Shown here piece after piece: positions 19,591 through 29,889 of a stretch of 64,000 bases of DNA. Under the pieces are notes generated by a model. It was given only the letters and a program-made list of their open reading frames with translations. It searched no databases and was not told the DNA's origin. The first letter of the stretch is position 1; each line of letters begins with the position of its first letter. A program made the position numbers and the translations under genes. The stretch is from the NCBI GenBank assembly GCA_002433895.1, contig DJJA01000003.1:575745-639744 (forward strand), read 5' to 3'. The stretch is from Candidatus Gottesmanbacteria bacterium UBA6580. GTDB lineage: Bacteria; Patescibacteriota; Microgenomatia; UBA10105; UBA927.

Positions 19591-20220
19591 ATGTTGGATA
19601 TTACTCCTCTTACCGTGGGACAGATGGCCACACATTGTTATGTGGTCACAGACCCCTCTACCCACGAGTGCGTAATTATTGACCCGGGTGACGACGCTGA
19701 ATATATAAGCGAGATGGTGAGCCGGCAAAACGCGCAACCCACGATGATTGTGGCGACGCATGGTCACTTTGATCATATTATGGCGGCGTTTGCGTTGCAG
19801 CTTGCTTACAAGATACCGGTTGCCATGCACCCTGAAGATATATTTCTGGTTGACCGGATGCGGAGCACCGCGCAGCATTTTTTGGGGCTTTCTGAAATTG
19901 ATCCTGAACCGTCTATTACGGTAGCGCTTGAGAACCGGAGCTCTGTCGCGGTGGGAAGGGAACAACTGGTTGTCGTGCATACCCCTGGACATACACCCGG
20001 AAGCATCTGTCTGTATGGAAAAAAGAATAACGTGTTGTTTTGCGGTGACACCATTTTTGATGAGGGTGCTATCGGAAGTGTTGATCACGCATACAGCAGC
20101 CGCGAAAGCATCCGGAAGTCGATTAAAAAAATACTCGCATATCCGGAGAGTACCAGATTGTTGCCCGGGCACGGAGAGGAAACCACGGTTGGCAGAGCGT
20201 CTGCCTTTCACGTACAATAG
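19591..20220 (+). CDS. Metallo-beta-lactamase-fold hydrolase (glyoxalase II-like)
   Basis: IDPG, THGHFDH, TPGHTPG, GDTIF, PGHG. Confidence 0.93.
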   Translation: MLDITPLTVGQMATHCYVVTDPSTHECVIIDPGDDAEYISEMVSRQNAQPTMIVATHGHFDHIMAAFALQLAYKIPVAMHPEDIFLVDRMRSTAQHFLGLSEIDPEPSITVALENRSSVAVGREQLVVVHTPGHTPGSICLYGKKNNVLFCGDTIFDEGAIGSVDHAYSSRESIRKSIKKILAYPESTRLLPGHGEETTVGRASAFHVQ

Positions 20221-20224
20221 CCGT

Positions 20225-21238
20225 ATGGCTTTGCGATTTGCCCCAATTGACGATCAATCTGGTTGGGAATTGTTTATACTCCGGAACGCGCCCGAGGCGC
20301 TTTTTCAAAGCTGGAGCTGGGGTGAAGTACAAAAACGCTTGGGATCCACGGTTACGCGATACGGGATTTTTGAAAAAGATACATTGATAGGCGTGATGCA
20401 GACCGTACTCGTACGTGCGCGCAGGGGGTCGTTTCTTCATGTGCGGCATGGTCCGGTCATTGAAAAGAGCGCGGTTCGGGCATGGAAACCCGCGATCGCA
20501 TTTTTATCGGCAGAGGCGAGAAAGTTAGGGTGTTGGTTTGTGCGGGTGAGTCCGTTACTTAGGGAAACTCCGGCGTCACGGGCACTCTTTGCTTCGCTTC
20601 ATGCAAGACCCGCGGCTATCCACCGTATGGATGGTGAATATTGTTGGGTGCTCGATCTGGATGCGTCTACGGATCAGTTGCTGAGCGCGATGCGTAAAAC
20701 CACACGCTACGAAATACGACGCGCTGAGCGTGAGCATGTCGAGGTATATAGCACACAGAACCCCAAATATCTTCAAGATTTCTTTTCGTTGTATGAGGCA
20801 ACCAGCTCACGGCATGGTTTTGTGCCGCATACCGGTATCCGTGAAGAGTTTGATGTGTTTGCTAAGCAAAAACAGGCAATGTTGTATGTGGGAAAATACG
20901 AGGGCAAACCACTGGCTTCGGCGATAATTTTATATTACGGCAATCAGGCGATCTATCATCACGGAGCGTCTGCATCGAACCGGGCGTCTGTTTCATATGC
21001 GATACAGTGGGAAGCTATACAGGACGCGAAAAAAAGAGGTATGAAAGTATACAATTTTTGGGGTATAGCTCCACAAGATAGCCCAAAGCACCCATGGAGA
21101 GGAATTACATTGTTCAAAACAGGTTTTGGGGGGCGTTTGGTCGAGTACACGCATGCACAGGACATACCCGTTTCGCCATGGTATATACTACCCCGTACGA
21201 TAGAAACGGTGAGAAGGTTGCTGAAAGGGTATGATTAG
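20225..21238 (+). CDS. FemABX-family lipid II peptidyl transferase
   Basis: FQSWSWG, GPV, LDL....L...MRKTTRYEIRRA, Y.HGAS, QWEAI..AK.RG...YNFWGI, G...FK.GFGG. Start moved to ATG 20225. Confidence 0.92.
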   Translation: MALRFAPIDDQSGWELFILRNAPEALFQSWSWGEVQKRLGSTVTRYGIFEKDTLIGVMQTVLVRARRGSFLHVRHGPVIEKSAVRAWKPAIAFLSAEARKLGCWFVRVSPLLRETPASRALFASLHARPAAIHRMDGEYCWVLDLDASTDQLLSAMRKTTRYEIRRAEREHVEVYSTQNPKYLQDFFSLYEATSSRHGFVPHTGIREEFDVFAKQKQAMLYVGKYEGKPLASAIILYYGNQAIYHHGASASNRASVSYAIQWEAIQDAKKRGMKVYNFWGIAPQDSPKHPWRGITLFKTGFGGRLVEYTHAQDIPVSPWYILPRTIETVRRLLKGYD

Positions 21239-21319
21239 GTGGAGCCTTCTTTGCCGCCCGGCGGTTTGTGTTTTTACCGCTGACTTTCTATACTAGTGGG
21301 TGGAGGAAGCGCTATACGT

Positions 21320-21688
21320 ATGAGAAAAATACTGCATCAGCATCATATTTCGTTTAAAAACGCGTTTGGTGGACTGTGGTGGGCAGTGACGACGCAGCCG
21401 AATTTCCGTGTGCATTTGGTGCTTTCGGCAATTGCGTTGTACTTATGCTGGTTCCTCGGGGTGAGTAAAGTAGAAACATCCATTATCGTATTTACGATTA
21501 TTCTGGGATTAAGCGCAGAACTTATCAATACATCGCTTGAGGCGATGACGGATTTGATAACGCAAGAGTGGCGCAAGGAAGCAAAAATAGCAAAGGATGT
21601 TGCTGCCGGTATGATGCTTACTGTCGCGTTTGGAGCCATACTGGTCGCGTTATTAATATTGGGGCCAAAACTGGTGCTGCTTTTTTAA
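21320..21688 (+). CDS. dgkA: Diacylglycerol/undecaprenol kinase family protein
   Basis: SFKNAF.GL, NFR.H, ELINTSLE..TD, AKIAKDVAAG. Confidence 0.92.
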   Translation: MRKILHQHHISFKNAFGGLWWAVTTQPNFRVHLVLSAIALYLCWFLGVSKVETSIIVFTIILGLSAELINTSLEAMTDLITQEWRKEAKIAKDVAAGMMLTVAFGAILVALLILGPKLVLLF

Positions 21689-21700
21689 CATTATACATTT

Positions 21701-22735
21701 ATGCAATTACTTCTCGGCGTTGTTTTATTTTCGTGGCTGATCCATAGCGTGCTTTTTATTCCGTTTATCAAGTTATTGTATTCGCTCCGGCTACAGCGGT
21801 TAAAACAGGTGACCCGCGACATGTTTAATAAAAGGACCCCATTTTTTGATAAGTTTCATCATCACAAGGCGGGCACGCCGGTTGGCGGAGGATTGCTTAT
21901 TATCGCAATTACTACCATTTTGCTTCCCATTATGTTGCTGCTTATGTATTATTTCTGGATACCGATTACCTCAGTATATCCTTTGGGAAGCGAGGTAAAA
22001 ATACTGTTGTTTACTTTTATTTCATTCGGACTTTTGGGACTTTTGGATGACGCCAAAAAAACATTCGCCTGGGTCAAAAAGGGATTTTTTGGATTACGGC
22101 TGCGGCATAAACTTATATTGGAAATTATACTGGCGTGTATCGTGGGATTTTGGCTTGTGCATGATCTTAAAATAAACATTCTCCATATCCCGCTTTTGGG
22201 TGTGTTTCATCTCGGGTGGTGGTATATACCGTTTGCCGTATTTGTGATTATCGCGTTTGCTAACGCGTTTAATATTACTGACGGATTGGACGGGCTTTCC
22301 GCGGGGGTACTCGTTATCGCGTTGTTCGCGTTTTGGTTTTTGTCGGCATCAATTTTAGATACGGTGCTGTCGATATTTATCGCGTTATGGATTGGCGGTG
22401 TGCTCGCGTTTCTTTATTTTAACGTGCTGCCGTCACGGATCTTTTTGGGAGATGTGGGGGCATTGTCATTTGGCGCGACATTTGCTGTTGTCGGGCTCAT
22501 TCTTGGGAAAACTCCCGCATTGGTTATCATCGGAGGGATATTTGTGCTCGAAGTCACTTCCTCACTTATCCAACTGGTGGCAAAATCTGTGACGGGACGA
22601 AAGTTGTTTATGGCGGCGCCCCTGCATTTATGGCTCCAAGTAAAAGGCTGGCCAGAGTCAAAAATCGTTATGCGTTTTTGGATACTTGCGATAGTGCTTG
22701 CCATGTTTGGATTGTGGCTAGCGCTCCTCTATTAG
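21701..22735 (+). CDS. mraY: Phospho-N-acetylmuramoyl-pentapeptide transferase
   Basis: KAGTPVGGG, GLLDD, NAFNITDGLDGL, FLGDVG, APLH, W.E.KIV.RFW. Confidence 0.96.
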   Translation: MQLLLGVVLFSWLIHSVLFIPFIKLLYSLRLQRLKQVTRDMFNKRTPFFDKFHHHKAGTPVGGGLLIIAITTILLPIMLLLMYYFWIPITSVYPLGSEVKILLFTFISFGLLGLLDDAKKTFAWVKKGFFGLRLRHKLILEIILACIVGFWLVHDLKINILHIPLLGVFHLGWWYIPFAVFVIIAFANAFNITDGLDGLSAGVLVIALFAFWFLSASILDTVLSIFIALWIGGVLAFLYFNVLPSRIFLGDVGALSFGATFAVVGLILGKTPALVIIGGIFVLEVTSSLIQLVAKSVTGRKLFMAAPLHLWLQVKGWPESKIVMRFWILAIVLAMFGLWLALLY

Positions 22736-22744
22736 CGGAGTACC

Positions 22745-23881
22745 ATGAATATTTCCACAATTTTTGCCCACGCCAAGACGAAAACAAACGGACTGCGGCA
22801 TATCAAAACTACAGGTGGTGTTGGTGACCGGTGGTTGCTTGCGGCAACTGTTATCTTGGCAACGGTAGGGATACTCATGGTTTACGACTCGTCGGTCGCG
22901 ATTGCGCTCCGGGATTTCGGTGATCCGTATTATTTCGTCCGTGAGCAGGTAAAGTGGTTGGTGTTGGGGTTTATCGGGTTTGCCATATTTTCAAGATTTC
23001 CGTACAGCGCGTTCCGGCAATTTGCGGTACCCATTCTCATAGGAACGCTGGTGTTGCTTTTAGCGGTATTTATACCCGGTTTCGGGGTGCACGCATTGGG
23101 TGCACGGAGATGGCTTAATTTTGGATTGTTTGTCGTGCAGCCTGCCGAAGTGGCGAAACTTGCTATGGTGATTTATTTATCGGCATGGTTTTCGACCAAA
23201 GAGAAAGGAAGACTTGCTGCCTTTTTGCTCCTTACCGGTATGGTCGTAGGGCTGGTACTGTTGGAGCCGGATATGGGCACTGCTACCACTATACTTCTTA
23301 CGGCGCTCTCACTTTATTTTCTTTCCGGCGCGCCCATAGGGCATTTTTTGGCTATTATTCCGGTATTGCTTGTTGGCCTCGGCGGACTTGCTATCGCCCA
23401 GCCGTATCGATTGCGCCGCGTGACGACGTTTTTAAATCCCGACCTTGATCCGCTGGGGTCTTCGTATCAGATACGCCAGATACTTTTGGCATTAGGCAGC
23501 GGAGGATTATTTGGCGTGGGGTTAGGCAAGTCACGGCAGAAGTACGAGTATCTTCCTGAGGCCAACACAGATTCGATATTCGCAATCCTCGGGGAAGAAA
23601 CAGGATTTATCGGCGCAACTATCGTCGTATTGCTGTTTCTTTTTTTGGTGTGGCGGTGTTTTAAAATCGCGCGGCGGATACAGGATCCGTTCGGAAAACT
23701 GCTTGCGCTGGGTGTCGGATCATGGATAGGGATACAGGCGTTTGTTAATATAGGATCTATGGTGGCTATCATCCCGCTTACCGGCGTACCGTTGCCGCTT
23801 ATTTCATATGGGGGATCGAATTTGATTATCACATTGAGCGCCTTGGGTATGGTCTACAACATAAGCAAAAAAAATACATGA
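22745..23881 (+). CDS. ftsW: SEDS peptidoglycan polymerase FtsW
   Basis: GARRW, QPAEVAK, EPDMGT, GSGG.FG.GLG.SRQK..YLPEA.TD.IFAI.GEE, P.TG.PLP.ISYGGS; located between mraY and murG. Confidence 0.94.
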   Translation: MNISTIFAHAKTKTNGLRHIKTTGGVGDRWLLAATVILATVGILMVYDSSVAIALRDFGDPYYFVREQVKWLVLGFIGFAIFSRFPYSAFRQFAVPILIGTLVLLLAVFIPGFGVHALGARRWLNFGLFVVQPAEVAKLAMVIYLSAWFSTKEKGRLAAFLLLTGMVVGLVLLEPDMGTATTILLTALSLYFLSGAPIGHFLAIIPVLLVGLGGLAIAQPYRLRRVTTFLNPDLDPLGSSYQIRQILLALGSGGLFGVGLGKSRQKYEYLPEANTDSIFAILGEETGFIGATIVVLLFLFLVWRCFKIARRIQDPFGKLLALGVGSWIGIQAFVNIGSMVAIIPLTGVPLPLISYGGSNLIITLSALGMVYNISKKNT

Positions 23882-25020
23882 ATACCTCACTTCAAAAACG
23901 GGTAAAAGTGATCATGACCGGTGGGCACATTACGCCGGCGATGGCGACCATTGAAGAGTTGCTCGCGCGGTTTCCGGACTGGGAAATAGTGTTTATCGGC
24001 CGCAGTCAGGCGATTGAGGGTCAGCGCGCGCAAGCGGAAGAACAGCGGTTGATTACGGGCATGGGACTGCGGTTTGTGCCGCTTGTTACCGGAAGGCTGA
24101 AACGTGAAGGCGGAATTGGCGCGTTATTTTCATTGCTGAAGTTTCCGGTGGGATTAGTACAATCAGTTGCCATCGTCACTCGCGAGCGGCCGTCAATGAT
24201 TATTTCATTCGGCGGATACGTCGCGTTGCCGGTAGTGTTGGTAGCATGGGTACTTCGGATACCGGTCGTTACCCATGAGCAGACCACCCGGCCGGGGCTT
24301 GCGAACCGCATTATTTCCCGGTTTGCCACCAGAGTATGCATCAGTTTTCCTGAAAGCAATAAAGAGCTGGGTCTGGCGGGCAAAGTCGAGGTTACCGGCT
24401 TGCCGTTGCGGCAACAGGTGCTGCATCCTCCGAAAAAAAATCCGTTTCCGGTAACGCTTTCGCGTCCGTTGTTGCTGTTTTTGGGAGGAAGCACCGGTTC
24501 GGTTAGCGTGAATGAAAAAGTATATGAAGCACTGCCAAATTTACTTACCCGGTATACGATTATTCATCAGGTCGGAAAGATATCCGCGCAGGCGGCTCTG
24601 ACAAAACGGGATGTATTGCCGGATGATATGCAAAAGCATTATCTGCCGTATCCGTATTTATCTTCGGAGGAATATAGTTACGCACTGCATCATGCATCAT
24701 TGATTGTCGGTAGATCAGGGGCAAATACAGTGACTGAAATTGCTATTGCCGGGAAAGTTGCGGTGTGTATCCCGCTTCCATGGTCTGCAAATAATGAACA
24801 ATATTATAACGCGAAGTTCCTCAAAGATGCGGGAAGCGGTGTTATCCTCGAGCAGAAAAATTTAACCGCTGTTTCACTGGTGGATGTAATTAATCGCACT
24901 ATAAGTGAATTAAAAACGAGAGAAGCAAGTGCCCGTGAGTTGAGTAAAAAAATTCCGAGGGACTGCGCGGCGCGGTTTGTGAATGTTATCGCTAAAGAAA
25001 TATTTCCTCAACCGTCATGA
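23878..25020 (+). CDS. murG: MurG glycosyltransferase
   Basis: GGH..PA, GGYV, HEQ...PGLANR, TG.PLR, GGSTGS, RSGANT, EQ..NA. Confidence 0.94.
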   Translation: MNTSLQKRVKVIMTGGHITPAMATIEELLARFPDWEIVFIGRSQAIEGQRAQAEEQRLITGMGLRFVPLVTGRLKREGGIGALFSLLKFPVGLVQSVAIVTRERPSMIISFGGYVALPVVLVAWVLRIPVVTHEQTTRPGLANRIISRFATRVCISFPESNKELGLAGKVEVTGLPLRQQVLHPPKKNPFPVTLSRPLLLFLGGSTGSVSVNEKVYEALPNLLTRYTIIHQVGKISAQAALTKRDVLPDDMQKHYLPYPYLSSEEYSYALHHASLIVGRSGANTVTEIAIAGKVAVCIPLPWSANNEQYYNAKFLKDAGSGVILEQKNLTAVSLVDVINRTISELKTREASARELSKKIPRDCAARFVNVIAKEIFPQPS

Positions 25021-25721
25021 CATCACGACTTCATGCATATACGGTAAAACGCCTGATGAGGATAGTGGTGAGCGTACTGCTTCTCATCGCTCTTACCGGT
25101 TTGCTATCGTGGCTTACTGTGCGGGCGTTTACTATCCAAAATATTGTGGTGGACGCGCCACTCATGTCCATAGAGCTTGATAAAAAGCGGTTCGGAAAAA
25201 ACCTGTTGTTTTTGCCGACAAGCAAACTCCGTGAAGAGTTATTGGAAAATTACCCACTTCTTTCTGACGTGCGGTTTGAAAAAAAATATCCGGGGACGCT
25301 GATTGTGCATCTGATACGGCGGGAAACATTCGCGGTATTAGTGTCGGAGGGGGTGAGTTACGCGATAGATGCACATGGATTGGTATTGGGGGGTACAGAG
25401 AGTAATGAAACCAGATACCCGGTGTTAACGTTCCGTTGCGGGGCGTTGGCTATAGGTAGCACAGTGCCATGTAAAGGGGTGCGGGCGAGTTTGGATTTTT
25501 TGAATAATCTCAATGTGTCGGAATTCCCGGCGCGTATGCAGGAGAAGGATAGCGTATCGATACACGCCATACGCGGTGATACAAACATATTTCTTCCTCA
25601 AACAGGTGACCTGAGTGCCAAAGCAGATACTTTACAAACAATTACGGAGGGGTTTAGAATAAAAGGTACACTGCCCACCGTGATTGATCTCCGTTTTGAA
25701 AAGCCGATCATCACGAACTAA
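25017..25721 (+). CDS. ftsQ: FtsQ/DivIB-like protein
   Basis: TM helix, POTRA-like segment (K.YPGTL.V), C-terminal IDLRF..P; located before ftsA. Confidence 0.75.
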   Translation: MTSRLHAYTVKRLMRIVVSVLLLIALTGLLSWLTVRAFTIQNIVVDAPLMSIELDKKRFGKNLLFLPTSKLREELLENYPLLSDVRFEKKYPGTLIVHLIRRETFAVLVSEGVSYAIDAHGLVLGGTESNETRYPVLTFRCGALAIGSTVPCKGVRASLDFLNNLNVSEFPARMQEKDSVSIHAIRGDTNIFLPQTGDLSAKADTLQTITEGFRIKGTLPTVIDLRFEKPIITN

Positions 25722-25741
25722 TAACTCAAAAGAAAGCTTTT

Positions 25742-27040
25742 ATGGCACGCGATCGTATCCTCTCCGCAATTGATATCGGCTCTTCTAAAATTGTTACGCT
25801 CATTGCCGCGATAACTGAAGAAAATGAGGCACGGATTATTGGCGTATCAACAGCCCCAAGCAAAGGCCTCCGGAAAAGCCAGGTTGTAAATATCGAAGAG
25901 GCGACTGAGGCAATATCGTCCTCATTAGAGGCAGCGGAGCGCATGGCAGGAGTTTCGGTCGCTCAGGCTTTTGTCAGTGTCGGAGGAGCACATATCGCCT
26001 CGCTAAACTCCCATGGGGTGGTCGCGGTTGCCGAGCCTGAAAAAGAAATTACTTCGTTTGATGTAAAACGCGTGATAGATGCCGCCAAAGCGGTGCAATT
26101 ACCCACCTCCCGCGAAATCCTGCACGTTTTGCCGAGAGGGTATAGTGTCGATGGGCAGGAAGGAATAGTTGATCCTGTCGGGATGAGCGGTGTGCGGCTT
26201 GAAGTGGAGACGCATTTGGTAACCGGCGGGGCGACAGCGATACGGAACCTGCATAAATGTGTAAGCGAGCTGGGTGTTGAAGTTTCCGGCATTGCATTTG
26301 GCGGTTTAGCTGCGGCTACCGCAACCCTTTCCGATACGGAAAAAGAGTTGGGCGTTGTGCTCGTCGATATCGGTGGGGGAACAACCGATGTGGCAATCTT
26401 TGTCGAAGGCGCGCTTTCATACTCTTCTGTCATTCCTGTAGGGGCTATCAATATCACGAAAGACTTGGCGGCTGGGCTCCGCATATCGCTAGAGAGCGCT
26501 GAAAAGATTAAATTGCGATTGGGGCAATTGCCCAAATCGCCGATAACTATCGACGAAGAAAAGCCCAAAGGAAAAGGCGAAAAGGACGACGAAATAGATG
26601 TGTCTGATTTAGGGCTTCCCGAAGGCATGCGTTCTATTTCAAGAAAAACTTTGATCGAAGGAATTATTAAGCCGCGCTTAAATGAAATATTTACCATGGT
26701 GGGGCTTGAAATCAAGCGCAGTGGCTTTGGCGGGATGACACCTTCCGGCGTTGTCATGACCGGCGGTGGCGCGTTGACGGTAGGTGCAGTGGAGGCAGCG
26801 CGGCGCAATCTCGCTATGCCCGTGCACGTGGGGATGCCACAGCGGGTTACCGGGCTTATTGACGAGATTATGACTCCATCCTATGCTGCGGGTGTCGGAT
26901 TACTGCTTTGGGGAAATTCGACAGGAAAATCAGAATCCTCCAGTTCACTTTTTTCCGGCATCGGGAAGATGGGTGGAGCCGCCCAAGTCAAAGGACTTGC
27001 TGGAAAGGTTGTCGATCTGGTAAAGTCATTCTTGCCCTAA
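25742..27040 (+). CDS. ftsA: Cell division protein FtsA
   Basis: DIGSSKI, PVGMSGVRLE, EKELGV.LVDIGGGTTD, AEKIK, TGGGA, C-terminal amphipathic helix. Confidence 0.97.
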   Translation: MARDRILSAIDIGSSKIVTLIAAITEENEARIIGVSTAPSKGLRKSQVVNIEEATEAISSSLEAAERMAGVSVAQAFVSVGGAHIASLNSHGVVAVAEPEKEITSFDVKRVIDAAKAVQLPTSREILHVLPRGYSVDGQEGIVDPVGMSGVRLEVETHLVTGGATAIRNLHKCVSELGVEVSGIAFGGLAAATATLSDTEKELGVVLVDIGGGTTDVAIFVEGALSYSSVIPVGAINITKDLAAGLRISLESAEKIKLRLGQLPKSPITIDEEKPKGKGEKDDEIDVSDLGLPEGMRSISRKTLIEGIIKPRLNEIFTMVGLEIKRSGFGGMTPSGVVMTGGGALTVGAVEAARRNLAMPVHVGMPQRVTGLIDEIMTPSYAAGVGLLLWGNSTGKSESSSSLFSGIGKMGGAAQVKGLAGKVVDLVKSFLP

Positions 27041-27105
27041 TTAAAGAACGCGCACTGCCCCTCAGACTTGCCCCTGATGGTATTATCGAATAATAATTGT
27101 TATCT

Positions 27106-28281
27106 ATGTTGATAAAACCTGATCTCGCGAGATTTGCCAAAATAAAAGTTGTCGGTATCGGCGGCGGCGGCAGCAATGCGGTCAACTCCATGATCATCAA
27201 CAACCAGATCAATGGCGTTGATTTCATTTCGGTCAACACGGATGCGCAGGCGTTGTTGCTTTCCCAAGCGCAGAGCAAAATCCAAATCGGGGAAAATCTT
27301 ACGCGCGGATTGGGAGCCGGTGGCAGTCCTGATGTCGGGCGCCAGGCAGCCGAAGAATCCAGGGAAAAGATAGCAGAATATCTGCGTGACAGCGATATGG
27401 TGTTTTTAACCTGCGGAGAAGGTGGCGGTACGGGAACAGGCGCGACGCCGGTATTTGCTGAAATTGCCAAAGAATTGGGCGCGCTTACCGTCGCGGTGGT
27501 CACCAAGCCATTTCATTTTGAAGGCACGCGCCGTATGGTATCTGCAGAAGAAGGGATCGCAAATCTTAAGGATAAAGTAGATACCCTTATCGTTATCCCC
27601 AATCAGCGGCTACTTGAAGTGATTGATAAAAAAATGACGCTGGTAGAAGCGTTCCGGGTGACTGACTCGGTGCTTGGACAAGGAGTGCAGGGTATATCCG
27701 ATCTTATTACCATGCCGGGACTAATTAACGTCGACTTTGCTGACGTACGGGCGATTATGACCAATGCTGGCAGCGCCCTGATGGGTATCGGTACCGGGGT
27801 AGGTGAGAACAGAGCCGCAACGGCTGCCCGCACCGCAGTAGCATCGCCGCTTTTGGAAACAACGATCGAAGGAGCGAAGGGTGTGCTGTTTAATATCATC
27901 GGAGGTAACGACCTCACTATGGCAGAGGTAGATGAAGCAGCCAAACTGATTTCGTCCGCGGTTGACCCCGATGCCAACATCATATTTGGCGCAATTATCG
28001 ATGAAAAACTGGTCGATCAGATCAAGATTACGGTGATCGCGACCGGATTTGATGAAACTAAAAAACGCCTCCGCGAAATGACCGGACGTCCAGCAGCATC
28101 AACCGATACCCGTTATGGCTATCCGCGGCAGGCTGCATCATTTACGAAACCAGTACAACCATCACCCATCGAACAACCTGTAGCCCAACAGCCACCGGTT
28201 TCGTTTACTCCACCCGCGGAAGAAAATCCGCCGGAAGAAGATGAGTTTGACATCCCCGCATTCCTACGGCAGCGGAGTTAG
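27106..28281 (+). CDS. ftsZ: Cell division protein FtsZ
   Basis: [29 protein letters not shown]-terminal DIPAFLR. Confidence 0.99.
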   Translation: MLIKPDLARFAKIKVVGIGGGGSNAVNSMIINNQINGVDFISVNTDAQALLLSQAQSKIQIGENLTRGLGAGGSPDVGRQAAEESREKIAEYLRDSDMVFLTCGEGGGTGTGATPVFAEIAKELGALTVAVVTKPFHFEGTRRMVSAEEGIANLKDKVDTLIVIPNQRLLEVIDKKMTLVEAFRVTDSVLGQGVQGISDLITMPGLINVDFADVRAIMTNAGSALMGIGTGVGENRAATAARTAVASPLLETTIEGAKGVLFNIIGGNDLTMAEVDEAAKLISSAVDPDANIIFGAIIDEKLVDQIKITVIATGFDETKKRLREMTGRPAASTDTRYGYPRQAASFTKPVQPSPIEQPVAQQPPVSFTPPAEENPPEEDEFDIPAFLRQRS

Positions 28282-28489
28282 TCTCGATTGCTTCAAAAAT
28301 CTGCGTTTCAAGTCTTAACTTTTAATGCGTTGTATATATCTTCAGTTAAGACCGAACACTATGAATTTCTTCAGCAAATACGCATCAAACTGTATTACTT
28401 TTGAAGTAATATACTATTGTCTGGCCAATTAATTTTTCACAACTAGTTTTTGTCCGCAACTAAAGAATACTTACGCGCGTTTTATACTT

Positions 28490-29398
28490 TTATCTACTTT
28501 TTAAAGGTGCAAAGTCGGTTAATATTACGTGCTCGCGAAAAGGCAGTTCTTTATTAAACATTAGAAATGCGATTTCATTAACCCACCCTAACTCTTTCCT
28601 TTCTTTTAAAGTATATACGGCGGATACGTTTGCAATGAGCGCGACAACGCGCCCGTTTTCAGCTGCTTGCTTGGTTTTTGTGCTTTTTTGATAGATGTGC
28701 GCTAAGTCTTTGCCTAATAGGCCTTGAATGTAATTTTCCGCAGTGTCGTGATTTTTAGAGTCTAGCCACCTACTGCCTTGTTCGTACTTCGATGACAGGT
28801 CTAGTGCGACAATACCCCCGAAATACTGTCCTTCAGGTAATTTTAGTAATTGCTTAATAGCATCCTCAGTCCTTTGAATTGAAAGAGATATGAAGTCGCC
28901 AGTTATTCGTTTGCATTCTATTGCGTATTTTCGATTATTTGTTTCTAAGTGAATATCTGGGTTGGTAAAAAAGTATATTGTTTTTAACCCTTTGCTAAAT
29001 AATCTTGCAGTCAATAACAGCTCAAACTGATAGTTTCTAGCGGTACTATTTGCAGAGGTTTCGTGTGACGTGAAGTTGGGACCTGTTAGGATGTGCGCTA
29101 ATTTTCGTTCAATTTCAGCTTTGTGACCATTATTAATGGTTAAATGAAGAAAACAAATGTTTTCGAGTATAAATACGATTTCACGTAATTCCTTTAATGC
29201 AAAGCCACATTTTGCGTGATCAAACTTCTTCAGAAAATTATCGTATGTCCCGTCCTTAATCGCTTTGCTTAGTTGTGTTACTAGATTGATATAAAAATAT
29301 AGTCGCCCTCTTTTAGCTTTATCTAAAAGTGATATTGAATTTAAAAAGGGTTCAATGCTTTTAGTTTTTTCAATTAAAGTGTCGTAGCTGATGGTCAT
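28490..29398 (-). CDS. AT-rich hypothetical protein with a PD-(D/E)xK nuclease-like motif
   Basis: FEL...A helix followed by NPD-x9-IECKRI. Start probably ATG 29398, behind a TATAAT. Composition is much more AT-rich than the dcw genes. Confidence 0.6.
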   Translation of the reverse strand: MTISYDTLIEKTKSIEPFLNSISLLDKAKRGRLYFYINLVTQLSKAIKDGTYDNFLKKFDHAKCGFALKELREIVFILENICFLHLTINNGHKAEIERKLAHILTGPNFTSHETSANSTARNYQFELLLTARLFSKGLKTIYFFTNPDIHLETNNRKYAIECKRITGDFISLSIQRTEDAIKQLLKLPEGQYFGGIVALDLSSKYEQGSRWLDSKNHDTAENYIQGLLGKDLAHIYQKSTKTKQAAENGRVVALIANVSAVYTLKERKELGWVNEIAFLMFNKELPFREHVILTDFAPLKSR

Positions 29399-29545
29399 AT
29401 TTTCCGTTTGATTATACACTTTAGATTAGTCATAAACATGTCGCACAACCGAGCATTTATGACGTTTTTGGAGTTAAAAGTAGATTGTGAGTATTAGTTT
29501 AGGCCTATAATTTAGTATTTATGTTGTTATAGTGATATAATCGGC

Positions 29546-29860
29546 ATGGTTATGACAAGGCAAGGAATACATATTAAAGAGCACGTCTCGCACGCCGACA
29601 TTTTACAAGCGGCTGGTTTAGAGCCAGAAAATACACGTCCAGTCCGCACAGCTGTCGTGCATATTCATCTTAGGAGACCATCTGCCCGTATGAAGCAAAT
29701 AATGGAGTCACTAGACAGCATGGTGGGAGGGCATAAAATAAGACACAAAGGTACAACTTGGAAAGTAGCCTCAACTGAGAGTATTGCGCCTACCGAACAT
29801 AAAGGTCATACAAAAAATAGGGGTGCTGCATTTGAGTATTTTCTTGAAGAAGAAGTTTGA
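29546..29860 (+). CDS. Small hypothetical protein
   Basis: 104-aa ORF directly after a TATAAT; no family recognised. Confidence 0.55.
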   Translation: MVMTRQGIHIKEHVSHADILQAAGLEPENTRPVRTAVVHIHLRRPSARMKQIMESLDSMVGGHKIRHKGTTWKVASTESIAPTEHKGHTKNRGAAFEYFLEEEV

Positions 29861-29889
29861 CCTAGGATACTGGCGCACCCCGTTCTTCA

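Noticed and set aside
19063-20217. 384-aa minus-strand ORF
   Set aside because: Antisense shadow of the CAP and MBL genes; no recognisable motifs.
25963-26808. 281-aa minus-strand ORF
   Set aside because: Antisense shadow of ftsA.
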